Below are positions 1 to 9,661 of a DNA stretch of 36,866 nucleotides, piece after piece. Location of the stretch: contig DIZY01000038.1 in NCBI GenBank assembly GCA_002428055.1, positions 1 through 36,866 on the forward strand, given 5' to 3'. Under the pieces are notes generated by a model that was not told where the DNA came from, searched no databases, and was given only the letters and a program-made list of their open reading frames with translations. Both the position numbers and the translations under genes were made by a program. Source of the stretch: Helicobacteraceae bacterium UBA6016. Its GTDB lineage: Bacteria; Campylobacterota; Campylobacteria; Campylobacterales; UBA6016. Position 1 is the stretch's first letter, and each line of letters opens with the position of its first letter.

Positions 1-1177
1 TTTCGACATCTGCTTTGAAGTAGTGCGTATTTAGCTTCGCTTTTGTAGTTACCTTGAGCGCTTTCTTTTTGATGTCGTAGTTTACGAGCGTCTCGGACGA
101 ATCAACATCAAATTTTTCATCTAGTAGCGTCGCCGTAACACGGTTTTTTGCCGTTACCTCAACTTTTTTAACATCCCCGAAAAAGCTTACCTCGTCATTT
201 ATCGCCTCTTTTATTTTGAGTGAGTTTGTGAATGGCCCAAGCGGAATGTATTTGAATTTTTTTGCTTTTGCTTTTCCGAAATATGTTGTTTTGTTACCGT
301 CGTATACTACGCTAAAGTCGGAATCTACCACACCGTATTTGCACTCTAGCTCGCCTTTTGTATCGACTCGCATAATCCAATCTTTGAATTTTAGATTTAG
401 CTCGCTGATAGCGTCGTTGACTTTTGCGTTTACGATATATTTGTAGAGTTCGCCGCTATTTTTGATGTGCGCTTTGGCGTACAGCCCCTCATCGTCTCCC
501 CTGAGCACAAAATCGCTTTCTTTGAGCGCATTAAAATCAAAATCGATGTCGTCTACTATTTTGTTGATATAGTTTGAGCCGTTTGATTTGAATATGCCTC
601 TGACGGAGTAGTTTTTGTCCAGTATCTCGCCGTGGAATTTGGTGTCTAGTATATTTGAGTTAATATCTGCGTCAATATCCATATAAAACTTATCGAAGTT
701 GTAGTAGATATAGTCGGAGTTGAGTTTTAGTTGAGGGAGTTTTAGCTCACCGTAACTAAAGTCTAGCATAGATAGCGATAGTTTGTCTATTTTGATAACA
801 TCCAAAAATTCAGGCTTTTTTGTTGTCGATTTTTGCGATAGTAGTTTGCTTAGTTCTTTTTCGTTTACTCTTAAATCTTTAATATCCAGATAAGAAAAGC
901 TTAGTTCGCCGCTAAGTAGAGGCAAAATATCAAGGCGGCATCGAACTTCGGAGGCGCTTAATAGCTTCTCGTAGCGTACCCCTCTTAGCTCGATTCCGCT
1001 AAGTATTCCGCCGTTTGCGGATTCTATCTTGATGCCTTGCTTTGGAAGTATATTTTTCATGACAAGCTCTGCGACGAGTCCGCTTTGGAGAATCGCAAAG
1101 AGTATAGCCGTCCCCCATAGTATACCGATGATGGAAAAATAGAAGCTTTTATAGCTTGCCTCAAATATTTGTCTCAA
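1..1177 (-). CDS. tamB: Translocation and assembly module TamB/AsmA-like protein, N-terminal part (runs off the window's left edge)
   Basis: Not in the ORF track. Open frame read by hand from a TTG overlapping the upstream TGA: MRQIFEASYKSFYFSIIGILWGTAILFAILQSGLVAELVMKNILPKQGIKIESANGGILSGIELRGVRY... It has one N-terminal TM anchor followed by beta-rich sequence and lies directly downstream of a TamA-like gene. Confidence 0.75.
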   Translation of the reverse strand, partial: MRQIFEASYKSFYFSIIGILWGTAILFAILQSGLVAELVMKNILPKQGIKIESANGGILSGIELRGVRYEKLLSASEVRCRLDILPLLSGELSFSYLDIKDLRVNEKELSKLLSQKSTTKKPEFLDVIKIDKLSLSMLDFSYGELKLPQLKLNSDYIYYNFDKFYMDIDADINSNILDTKFHGEILDKNYSVRGIFKSNGSNYINKIVDDIDFDFNALKESDFVLRGDDEGLYAKAHIKNSGELYKYIVNAKVNDAISELNLKFKDWIMRVDTKGELECKYGVVDSDFSVVYDGNKTTYFGKAKAKKFKYIPLGPFTNSLKIKEAINDEVSFFGDVKKVEVTAKNRVTATLLDEKFDVDSSETLVNYDIKKKALKVTTKAKLNTHYFKADVE

Positions 1178-2898
1178 AATGCCTGTCCAAAACTAATATG
1201 ATATACAGGGCTTCTTTTGTTTTCGGTGAGTGGAACGCCGATGTCAAAACGGATAGGACCGACTATCGTATCGTATCGCACTCCTGTTCCGATTGAGTAT
1301 TTGAAATCTCCGTTAAAAACAAGCGATTTTTCGTTTAGCAGCGTAGAGTCAAAAAATAGTACACCCCAGAGTGATTTTGTCGTTTTGTATCTAGCCTCTA
1401 GCGAGTAGTCTATTAGTGAGTTACCGCCGATATAGTTGCCGTGAGAATCTTTTTGCCCCAGTTTTCTATATGAATATCCCCTGTTTGAAAAGCTACCGCC
1501 CGCAAAATATCTTTTAAAGACCGGAATATCGTTTTTTTTGAAGTCGTTGATGCCGCCTATATTGACTCTTGCGCCAAACAAAAAGTCCCTAAAGTATGAG
1601 TTATCGCTAAATCCAAGTACTGCTTTGGTTTCCAAATTTGTTTTGAGATAATTTATAGAAGAACCTAGCATATTGTCCGCAAACTCCACATTCCAGCCTA
1701 CGAAATATCCCTCTTTTGCATCGATTACCGAGTCTCTGCGTTCTATTGTGTACTCGTAAGTAAGCGCATTGATAACAAAATCTTTATTTTCTATCTTGTC
1801 GCTCTCTTCATCCGCACACACGGAGCCTATCTCCATCAAAAGCCCTAGGTAGTGCGTCGTAGTTTTGTACGGAATTTTGAATTTAAACGCATTTGATGTT
1901 ATTTTCTCGGTAAAGCCAGGGTATTTTAGTTTTTCATATTTTGCCAAATCCTCAAACTCAAATCCAAAAACTCTCGGTATGCTGATTTTTGCGCCTACCG
2001 TCTGCCTTATGTCTGACAACTCCGCAATGGCTTCAAATCTTTTTAGATTGCCGTAGAAGTTTTTGTGTAGCCAGCCGCCTTTTATCCTTGCGCCCTCATC
2101 GGTATCATAGCCTGCCCCCAGTTTAAAGCTTCTTTGCTTTGAGGCTGTTAGATTGATGTCTACGGGCACACTCTCGCCCTCTTGGTCTACCATCGGCTTG
2201 ATGGATACCGTCTCAAAAGCTCCTGTTGCGTAGAGGCTTTTGTAGCTTTCGTCGATTTTCCGGCTATCGTACTCCTGCCCGCTATTAAAAAATAGCTTCT
2301 CTTTGATGCGTTCTTCGTCTATGTCGTCCACTGCGCCTATATGGATGTCGCCAAATTTCGATACGGTGGCATCGGTGATATTAAACTCCAGCTTTGCCTC
2401 GTATTTTACGGGGTCTATGTACGCTTTTGCGCTAAATTTCGCCTTTGGCATACCGTTTTCGTTTAGATATTTTTTGATATTTTCTTTGCTTTTGACGAAC
2501 AAGTCGGCGTCAAAATAGTCATTAGGTTTTAGGGCTATCATATTTTTGATGTAAAAAGGAGATTGCATCTCTACGGAGACTACTTTCATTCTATCGTTTT
2601 CGCTGATATTAAACAGCAGTGAGTCGCCTTTTATTTCGCTCTCTACGGTTGCATTAAAAAACCCTTTCGAGTGATAAAATTCGACTATGTCGGACTCCAT
2701 TCTCTCCATATCGTCTCTTTCATACTCCGGCAGTTTTTTCCAAAATTTATAAAAACTCTCGCCCTCTATGCCGATTGCCTCTTTGAGTACGGCGGTAAAA
2801 AATTTATCGTTTCCGTGAAAAGCTATATTTTTGATTGTAGTGTTGCTGTCTGCATATAGAAAAATGGAAAAAAAAAGTAATAAAAATAGCTTCTTCAT
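1174..2898 (-). CDS. tamA: Omp85-family outer membrane protein, TamA-like (POTRA domains + beta-barrel)
   Basis: Signal peptide MKKLFLLLFFSIFLYA (ATG at 2898 preferred), about three POTRA-like repeats, YFAGGSFSNRGY loop motif, GVRYDTIVGPIRFDIG and terminal ISFGQAF. Confidence 0.85.
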   Translation of the reverse strand: MKKLFLLLFFSIFLYADSNTTIKNIAFHGNDKFFTAVLKEAIGIEGESFYKFWKKLPEYERDDMERMESDIVEFYHSKGFFNATVESEIKGDSLLFNISENDRMKVVSVEMQSPFYIKNMIALKPNDYFDADLFVKSKENIKKYLNENGMPKAKFSAKAYIDPVKYEAKLEFNITDATVSKFGDIHIGAVDDIDEERIKEKLFFNSGQEYDSRKIDESYKSLYATGAFETVSIKPMVDQEGESVPVDINLTASKQRSFKLGAGYDTDEGARIKGGWLHKNFYGNLKRFEAIAELSDIRQTVGAKISIPRVFGFEFEDLAKYEKLKYPGFTEKITSNAFKFKIPYKTTTHYLGLLMEIGSVCADEESDKIENKDFVINALTYEYTIERRDSVIDAKEGYFVGWNVEFADNMLGSSINYLKTNLETKAVLGFSDNSYFRDFLFGARVNIGGINDFKKNDIPVFKRYFAGGSFSNRGYSYRKLGQKDSHGNYIGGNSLIDYSLEARYKTTKSLWGVLFFDSTLLNEKSLVFNGDFKYSIGTGVRYDTIVGPIRFDIGVPLTENKRSPVYHISFGQAF

Positions 2899-2961
2899 CT
2901 GCCTCAAAACCGTTATATTTGCTTTGATTCTAGCAAAAAAAGGTTGAGCTTAGGCGCCACT

Positions 2962-4218
2962 TTATGCGTCAATCGCTAGCGGTAGCTCAATTGTCGCCTC
3001 TACGCCGCCCTGTATATTTTTTATGCCGATTTTGCCTTTAAAGTTTTGCTCCACAATGACTTTGGACATGTATAGACCGATTCCGATCCCTTTGCCTTGC
3101 TCTTTTGTCGTAAAGTACGGCTCAAAAATCTTATCCGCTACGCCCGTTTTTATGCCGCCGCCGTTATCGCTTATCGAGATTATTACGCTTTTTGTATCTT
3201 TCGGATGGGTGAAGCTTATATTTATTGCCCCCTCTTTGACCCCGGTTGTTTTTTGTTTTTCACGAATTGCGTCTTTTGCGTTTAGCAGTATGTTTAAGAT
3301 TACCTGATTTAGTTCGCTCTGGTAGCCGCAGATAAGACGGGTGTCGCATGTGTCGCATTTGCTCATATCCTTGTCGCATACAGCGTTTACGGTTATATTA
3401 TATTCGTCTAGCTGGGGTTTTAAAAGCTCTACGCCGCCGTTTATGTTGTCTTTGAGCAGAAAAGTCTCTATCGTCTCTTTTGGCCTGAAAAAGCCTCTAA
3501 AATCATCTATCGTCTTAGACATGAGATTTATCTGCCCCATGGCGCCGGCAATCATCCCATCTATATACTCATCTGTCATCTCGCCGTATTTTTTTGCCTC
3601 TTTGACATCTTGTATGATTAGTCCAAGAGCGTTTAGCGGCTGACGCCAGTGGTGTGCCACAACGCTTAGCATATCGCCCATTACGGCTAGCCTCGACTGA
3701 TGTATCATAACCGCGTCTTTTTGCCTATTTTTTTCGACCTCTTCTTCTACCTTGCGAGCAAGTGTTGCATTTAGCTCTTCTAGAGCATTTTTGGTTTGCA
3801 GGAGCTCCTCTAAGGCTCTTCTTTTTGCCTTTCTGGAATTTGCGTCATCTAGCTCTCTTATCAGAGCCGGATACAGTCTAGAGAGGTTTTGTTTTAAAAT
3901 AAAATCTCCCGCCCCGCTTTTTAGCGCCTCTATGGCCTCCTCCTCCGGAATTTTGCCGGATACGAGGATGAACGGCATGTTGAGTCCAAATTCTTTAAAA
4001 GTGGACAACGCTTCCATTCCGCCAAAGCCAGGAATAACAAAGTCGCACAGGATAAAATCCCAGCTCTTGTTTTTTAGCATCTCTCCCATATCTTTGGCGC
4101 TAGCCACCGTCTCGTATTCGATTGCAAGCCCGTTTCGCCGAAGCTCTCTTATCAGAAGCAGGGCATCGTCTTCGCTATCGTCAATAATCAACGCCCTTAA
4201 AGCTCTATTTATGTGCAT
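2962..4218 (-). CDS. Hybrid receiver-histidine kinase (REC-HisKA-HATPase)
   Basis: N-terminal REC (LIIDDSEDD, ILCD), H-box VAHHWRQPLN, N-box NILLNAKDA, DNGGGI, FTTK, GIGIGLY. Confidence 0.9.
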   Translation of the reverse strand: MHINRALRALIIDDSEDDALLLIRELRRNGLAIEYETVASAKDMGEMLKNKSWDFILCDFVIPGFGGMEALSTFKEFGLNMPFILVSGKIPEEEAIEALKSGAGDFILKQNLSRLYPALIRELDDANSRKAKRRALEELLQTKNALEELNATLARKVEEEVEKNRQKDAVMIHQSRLAVMGDMLSVVAHHWRQPLNALGLIIQDVKEAKKYGEMTDEYIDGMIAGAMGQINLMSKTIDDFRGFFRPKETIETFLLKDNINGGVELLKPQLDEYNITVNAVCDKDMSKCDTCDTRLICGYQSELNQVILNILLNAKDAIREKQKTTGVKEGAINISFTHPKDTKSVIISISDNGGGIKTGVADKIFEPYFTTKEQGKGIGIGLYMSKVIVEQNFKGKIGIKNIQGGVEATIELPLAIDA

Positions 4219-4233
4219 ATTGACACCCTTTTT

Positions 4234-4677
4234 TTATTGGTGGACAGGCGGCAATTCGTTTACAAGAAGCCAGTAGAATCCGAGTTGTTTTACGGTCTCA
4301 ACAAAACTCTCAAAATCTATCGGTTTTCTGATGTAGCTATTTGCGCCTAGTTCGTAGCCTTTTAGTACATCTTCCTCTGTTTTTGAAGAGGTTAGTATTA
4401 CCACCGGAATAAGCTTTGTAAGTTCCTCATTTTTTATCTTTTGAAGCACCTCAAAACCGCTTATTTTCGGTAGCTTCAAATCAAGGAGAATGAGTGCGGG
4501 CAGTTGTGATATATCGCGCCCCTCAAACTCCCCTTTGCCGAATAAAAAATCTATCGCCTCCAAGCCGTCTGTTGCTATGTGTATCGGATTTGCGAAGTTG
4601 CCTTTTTGAAAAGCCCGTGTCGTTAGCAGTACATCGTCCGGATTGTCTTCTACAAGTAAAATATATTTAGATTCCAC
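4234..4677 (-). CDS. Single-domain response regulator, Rcp1-like
   Basis: ILLVEDNPDD, ILLDLKLPK, LTSS, GANSYIRKP and C-terminal LGFYWL typical of Rcp1-type receivers. Confidence 0.9.
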   Translation of the reverse strand: MESKYILLVEDNPDDVLLTTRAFQKGNFANPIHIATDGLEAIDFLFGKGEFEGRDISQLPALILLDLKLPKISGFEVLQKIKNEELTKLIPVVILTSSKTEEDVLKGYELGANSYIRKPIDFESFVETVKQLGFYWLLVNELPPVHQ

Positions 4678-6715
4678 TTTTCGCCTCCTTGGCGTATTCG
4701 TTTTGCTTGATGCCTAGCGTAAAAAAGAAGCGAGCACCTTTGTCTATCTCGCCCTCAGCCCATACTCTGCCAAAATGCCTTGCAATTATTCTGTATACTA
4801 TCGCAAGTCCTATACCGCTTCCCTCAAACTCGCTTGAGGCGTGTAGCCTATGAAAAGGCTTGAACAGCTGATACGCATACTTCATATCAAAGCCGGCTCC
4901 GTTGTCTTCAATGAAGTATATCTTTTCCCCGTTTTTATCCTCGCTCTTAAATGTGATATGCGCCTCTTTTTGGTGTGCCGTAAATTTAAAAGCGTTTGAG
5001 AAAAGGTTTGTAAGCGCTATTTTCATCAAATCGGCATCCGCATAGACTATCATTTTATACTCTATATCTATCATCGCATTTTTGCCGACTCCAGCGCTTT
5101 TTAGCTCTTCGCATACCTCTTTGGCTATATTCGCAAGGTCTATCTCGCTAAGCGTAATATCGTGTCTTGTGAGTCTGGAAAGTTTTAAAAGGTCGTCTAT
5201 TAAAGCCCCCATTTTTTGACTTGCGTTTCTGATTCGCAACAGATAGTCTTTGCCAATATCGTCCAGCCTATCGGCATAATCTTCAAGCAACGCCTGACTA
5301 AAGCCATCCGTAGCCCTAAGCGGGGAGCGCAAGTCGTGTGAAACGGAGTATGTAAAAGCCTCCATCTCGTTGTATGCGTTTTCGAGCTGTTTTGTTCTCT
5401 CTGATACTTTTTGCTCCAAACTACGATTGAGTCTATTTATTTTCTCTTGCGCCGCTTTTCGTTCTTCTAGTTTTTCGAGCTGTTCTTTGTGTCTTATATT
5501 GGCAAAGTAAAGCTCTCTTCTTTGATAAAGCAGCAATATCGCCGCCGCCAATATGATTATGGAGAGCAGGTCTGCGACCCCTATCCAAAATGTTATCTCT
5601 TTGGCTTCAGCGTAAATTTCGCTCTTGTCTTGCTTGGACATCAAAAACCACTCCGTGCCCTCTATCTTTTGGGCGACTCCGATGGCGGGAGTACCTCTAT
5701 AGTCTACGCCGTCTATCGCTTCGCTTGTACCAATGCCGCCGTTTAGCGCTTTCGCCGCTAACACCTCACTCTTGTTTATCGGCATTTTCAAAGCAAGGGC
5801 GCTATTTTTGATATATCTAAGCTCATTCAAAAATAGCACATTGTCGCCCTCTTTTCGAAACAAAAGGGTCTCCGCAGTTTTAGATTTAATCGGCCAAAAC
5901 TGCATATATGGATACAAAAACCTCTCGACTTCGACTCTTGATACAATAACTATTTTTTGCGACTCTTGCGGTGGGCAGGTCGGTGATACGAAGTCGATTA
6001 CTATTTGTCCGCCCTCATTTTTTGGGAGGCGGTATATATCGGTGAAGACGGTGTTGTTTTTTTCCAGAGATAGGTCGATTGCTTTTTGCAGCAGAGGAGT
6101 TATTGTCATATCTCTTTTTTCGGTAGATAGCAGAATTTCCCCATTTTTGGTGACGAGAAAAACAAGACTGTAGCCAGATATGCGCTTAAAAGCCTCCAGT
6201 CTAGGCAATACTTTTTCTGCCAACTCTTTATCGGTAGGCTTTTGCCATTTTATATTTTGGTCTACGAAAAAAGTTGCGCCTCGCAAAAATTCAGCGTCGT
6301 TTTGCCGTTCGTTAAGCCATCTCTTAAGCTCGCCGGCTTTCATGCCGGCGACGGTTTTTAACTGTTCGACCGCTTTTTTCTTCTCGTTGTATGCGCTATA
6401 AGAAGCCCCCGTAAAGCCTGCAGCGATAATAATGAGCGATAAAGCGGCAAATATCGGCAACAAGGAGCCGTACCCGACATTTTCACCGGATTTGCTGTCA
6501 AAATCTGCCTCTTGTCGCCTTTTGTGAGCCACAAGATAGATGACAAAAGCGCTTATTAGTACAAACACCGACCCTTTCCAGGTTCCCATCTCTGAGAGTA
6601 TTGAAATATCTGGAGCCACCAAAAACACAAGCGCATCAGAAAAGAAAATCCAACAAAGACCGAGTATTGCATAAACGACGGCGATGCGAACGGCCGGTTG
6701 GCTTACAATCTGCAT
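4667..6715 (-). CDS. Membrane sensor histidine kinase with Cache-like periplasmic domain
   Basis: N-terminal TM helices, periplasmic region ending GVDYRGTPAIGV...WFLMSKQD, H-box SVSHDLRSPL, NAFKF, DNGAGF, GSGIGLAIV; RBS AAGGAG. Confidence 0.88.
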   Translation of the reverse strand: MQIVSQPAVRIAVVYAILGLCWIFFSDALVFLVAPDISILSEMGTWKGSVFVLISAFVIYLVAHKRRQEADFDSKSGENVGYGSLLPIFAALSLIIIAAGFTGASYSAYNEKKKAVEQLKTVAGMKAGELKRWLNERQNDAEFLRGATFFVDQNIKWQKPTDKELAEKVLPRLEAFKRISGYSLVFLVTKNGEILLSTEKRDMTITPLLQKAIDLSLEKNNTVFTDIYRLPKNEGGQIVIDFVSPTCPPQESQKIVIVSRVEVERFLYPYMQFWPIKSKTAETLLFRKEGDNVLFLNELRYIKNSALALKMPINKSEVLAAKALNGGIGTSEAIDGVDYRGTPAIGVAQKIEGTEWFLMSKQDKSEIYAEAKEITFWIGVADLLSIIILAAAILLLYQRRELYFANIRHKEQLEKLEERKAAQEKINRLNRSLEQKVSERTKQLENAYNEMEAFTYSVSHDLRSPLRATDGFSQALLEDYADRLDDIGKDYLLRIRNASQKMGALIDDLLKLSRLTRHDITLSEIDLANIAKEVCEELKSAGVGKNAMIDIEYKMIVYADADLMKIALTNLFSNAFKFTAHQKEAHITFKSEDKNGEKIYFIEDNGAGFDMKYAYQLFKPFHRLHASSEFEGSGIGLAIVYRIIARHFGRVWAEGEIDKGARFFFTLGIKQNEYAKEAKSGI

Positions 6716-6772
6716 TTTAGCTCCTTTTACGCCGAAAACTCACAAATTTACCGCACCTAAAGTCTGCTCTAT

Positions 6773-6778
6773 TATAAT
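6773..6778 (+). promoter_or_regulatory. Putative -10 box of a leaderless transcript
   Basis: TATAAT followed by 6 nt (CCAAAA) and the ATG at 6785; no Shine-Dalgarno sequence. Confidence 0.55.
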
Positions 6779-6784
6779 CCAAAA

Positions 6785-7855
6785 ATGGGAAATAAGTTTG
6801 GTTACAAAAAAATATTTTTTGCTTTTTTTGCTTTTTTGATTTTGGCTATGGCGGGGATGATGCTATTTTTTGTGGGGGATATTGAAAACCACAGAAGCGC
6901 AAAGCTCTCGGACGCCATTAATGACGCCGTAAGAGAAGAGATGGATAGGCAAAACAAACAGACCACGGCTCTTGCCGTTGCTATTGCCGGAAATGAGCTA
7001 CTTGCCTCTTCTTTAAAAGATAGAGATAGAATCCGAGCTTCAAGGGTGTTGGATACGATAATGTCGTCGTTCGACGGCTATAAAGACGGTGGCAAATTTT
7101 GGCTTCAGCTGCATACTCCCGATTTGAAAGTTTTTATGCGCAGTTGGGATAAAAGCGAATACGGAGCGCCGCTGGAGGGATTTCGAAAAGGACTCGTATA
7201 TGTGCAAAAAACGCAGATGCCGTTTTCGTCGATAGAGTTGGGTAAAAAGCTAAACATCAAATCCATAGCTCCGATAAAGTTAAAAGGCGAGTATGTAGGC
7301 TCTTTAGAGGTTATCAAAAATTTTGACGAGGCGGTAAAAAACTTTGCGGAAAAAAAAATATCGCTTCTTGTGCTGATGGATAATAAGTTTTTAGATGTAG
7401 CAGAGTGGATGGTTGATTATCCGATATTGGGGGATTTTGTGCTTTGCCATAGAGAGTATGACGAAAAGCTTTTTAATGAGCTAAAAGAGGATGATTTGTA
7501 TCTGTTTATCGGACGCAAAAAATCTTTTAGCAAAAACTATTTTTTGTCCATAGAACCGCTTCGCGACCTTAGCGGAGAGAGACTTGGTTTTATTGTGGCG
7601 GCAATTGCCAAAGATAAGGCCGTGGCTATGATGAAAAGCGACGAGGATGTATCGCTTTTATTTCAAGCCTCCAAAGAGGAGCTCTCCACGGCATACAAAA
7701 ATAGAGCAATCGCTCTATATGGTAGCGGAGAGATGAAAAAACTCATACAAAGCGAAGCCAAAAAAGAGAAAATAAAAAACTTGAGCAGAGAAGAGCTGGA
7801 GAATATAATGCTTTACGGCGAGGATAACGAGATAAAAAAAGGTGAGATACGATGA
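6785..7855 (+). CDS. Membrane-anchored stand-alone Cache-domain (dCache_3-like) sensor protein
   Basis: One N-terminal TM, then QLHTPDLKVFMRSW...ELGKKLNIKSIAPI...YVGSLEV (Cache-like). No second TM and no kinase or MCP output domain. ATGA overlap with the next gene. Confidence 0.7.
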   Translation: MGNKFGYKKIFFAFFAFLILAMAGMMLFFVGDIENHRSAKLSDAINDAVREEMDRQNKQTTALAVAIAGNELLASSLKDRDRIRASRVLDTIMSSFDGYKDGGKFWLQLHTPDLKVFMRSWDKSEYGAPLEGFRKGLVYVQKTQMPFSSIELGKKLNIKSIAPIKLKGEYVGSLEVIKNFDEAVKNFAEKKISLLVLMDNKFLDVAEWMVDYPILGDFVLCHREYDEKLFNELKEDDLYLFIGRKKSFSKNYFLSIEPLRDLSGERLGFIVAAIAKDKAVAMMKSDEDVSLLFQASKEELSTAYKNRAIALYGSGEMKKLIQSEAKKEKIKNLSREELENIMLYGEDNEIKKGEIR

Positions 7856-8511
7856 ATATACTACTGCTTGAGGATGAGTATTCGCTTAGAATGAGCATCA
7901 AGGAGTATCTGAGCGACTGCGGTTTTTTTGTTGATGACTTTAGAAACGGCGAGGACGCAATCGACGCTATCTACTCAAAGACTTACGATATATTGTTGCT
8001 TGACATTAAGGTGCCGAAAAAAAGTGGAATGGCAGTTCTAAGAGAGCTAAGGGAGGCAAAAATAAAGACCCCCGTCATCTTCATAAGCTCTATTACCGAT
8101 ATGGAACAGCTCGAAAAAAGCTATGAAGCGGGATGTTGCGACTATGTACGAAAGCCCTTCGAGCTAAAAGAGCTGTATCTACGGATTATGCAAGCTTACA
8201 AATCAAACATTCTAAAGACTACGGAGGATTTTTTGTCGCTACCTTACGGATATAGATTTGACACCAAAAAACTGATATTAAAAAAAGATGAAGGTGAAAT
8301 AGTCCTGACCAAAAAAGAGGCGCTAATTATTGCCATTCTTGTAGAAAATCTGGGAAGCGTAGTCACGATAGACGACTTCCAAAACTATGTATGGGGCGAA
8401 GATATAGACCCGACAAACATTAGAGTACAGATAAACAACCTCCGAAAAAAGCTAGACGGCAATCTAGTGGTAAATGTGCGTGGTTTTGGGTATAAGATTG
8501 ATAAAAACTAA
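7852..8511 (+). CDS. OmpR/PhoB-family response regulator
   Basis: LLLEDE, LLLDI, RKPF receiver plus winged helix (RVQINNLRKKL, NVRGFGY). Confidence 0.92.
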   Translation: MNILLLEDEYSLRMSIKEYLSDCGFFVDDFRNGEDAIDAIYSKTYDILLLDIKVPKKSGMAVLRELREAKIKTPVIFISSITDMEQLEKSYEAGCCDYVRKPFELKELYLRIMQAYKSNILKTTEDFLSLPYGYRFDTKKLILKKDEGEIVLTKKEALIIAILVENLGSVVTIDDFQNYVWGEDIDPTNIRVQINNLRKKLDGNLVVNVRGFGYKIDKN

Positions 8512-9655
8512 AAATTACGCCGTCAAATTCGCTTTTTTATTTAGCGCCGCTACGGCTTTACTGTTTTGTCTGTTTTTGTATGAGTATGGCACTCTTGTGC
8601 GTGAGACGCAGGAGGCGAAGACTGAGGCGGAGCTATTTGTGCAGGCAAAAAGAATAGCGCTTGAAATGGACAGATTCGACTCTCGCACCGAAGAGTATTT
8701 TTATTTTCCTCGTTACAAGCTTTACCGTGCCGCACTTATCGGCGAAGGCGGCAAGACTATTTTTTCTACGCTCGGCTTTAAGCCGTTAACCGCACCGGGC
8801 TATCATAGGCTAAATGAGCGAAGGTATCTAGTCTATGAGTTGCCTCGAGGGGTATATTTTGGGGCAGAGTATCTTGTTGTCTCTAAAGATTTTTACGAGA
8901 GCGAGATATATTTTCGGCTTCTTGTTTTGCTGTTTATCGCTGTTTCCATACTTTTTGGGGTCTATTTGTATCTTATCCGCCTATTTGAGAGGCCGCTTGT
9001 GCAGATGAATGAAAACCTAGATAGATTTATAAAAGACTCTATCCATGAGATAAACACGCCGCTTGCCATCATAAGCGCAAATGTTGAGCTTTTTTGTATG
9101 AAGCACGGCGAAAACAAACATTTAGCTCGCATCAAAGCCGCAGCAAAAAGCTTATCAAATTTATACAACGACATGGAATATCTCATAAAGCAAGGTCGCG
9201 GGCATTTTGCAAAGGAGCTTACAAACCTAGGGGAGGCAACTAGATATAGAGTGGAGTATTTTACTGAGATTGCAGATATGAAAGGTATAAGCTTTTTGTC
9301 TGATATTGGTGAAGAGTGCACTGCATCGGTCAACCCTGTGAAGCTTTATAGATTAATAGACAATAACCTCTCAAATGCCGTCAAATATAGCCATGAAAAC
9401 TCAAAGATAGAAGTAACTCTAAAAAAAATATCAGATAACGAAGCGCAGCTTTGTTTCAAAGATTACGGCGTCGGCATAGAAAAACCGGACAAAATCTTTG
9501 ATAGGTACTACCGCGAGGAGTTGTCAAAAGGCGGCTTTGGGCTTGGGCTAAATATCGTCAAAAACATCTGTGACGACGAGGGGATTAAGATAGATGTAGT
9601 CTCTAAAATAGATGAGGGGAGCGAATTTAGGTATCTATTTTCGCTCTCCCCTTGA
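8498..9655 (+). CDS. Sensor histidine kinase, two TM helices with short periplasmic domain
   Basis: TTG start at 8498 preferred over the track's 8474; H-box SIHEINTPL, NNLSNAVKYS, DYGVGI, GGFGLGL. Confidence 0.88.
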   Translation: MIKTKNYAVKFAFLFSAATALLFCLFLYEYGTLVRETQEAKTEAELFVQAKRIALEMDRFDSRTEEYFYFPRYKLYRAALIGEGGKTIFSTLGFKPLTAPGYHRLNERRYLVYELPRGVYFGAEYLVVSKDFYESEIYFRLLVLLFIAVSILFGVYLYLIRLFERPLVQMNENLDRFIKDSIHEINTPLAIISANVELFCMKHGENKHLARIKAAAKSLSNLYNDMEYLIKQGRGHFAKELTNLGEATRYRVEYFTEIADMKGISFLSDIGEECTASVNPVKLYRLIDNNLSNAVKYSHENSKIEVTLKKISDNEAQLCFKDYGVGIEKPDKIFDRYYREELSKGGFGLGLNIVKNICDDEGIKIDVVSKIDEGSEFRYLFSLSP

Positions 9656-9661
9656 TACTTT

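Noticed and set aside
2868-2876. A9 tract in the tamA signal-peptide region (and A9 near 7350) as phase-variation sites
   Set aside because: Both frames are intact, A/T runs are common throughout this sequence, and there are no long G/C tracts.
6726-6752. Possible third TTTAC box upstream of the Cache gene
   Set aside because: The half-sites are 21 bp apart, not 11, and the first overlaps the divergent gene's RBS region; too weak to call.
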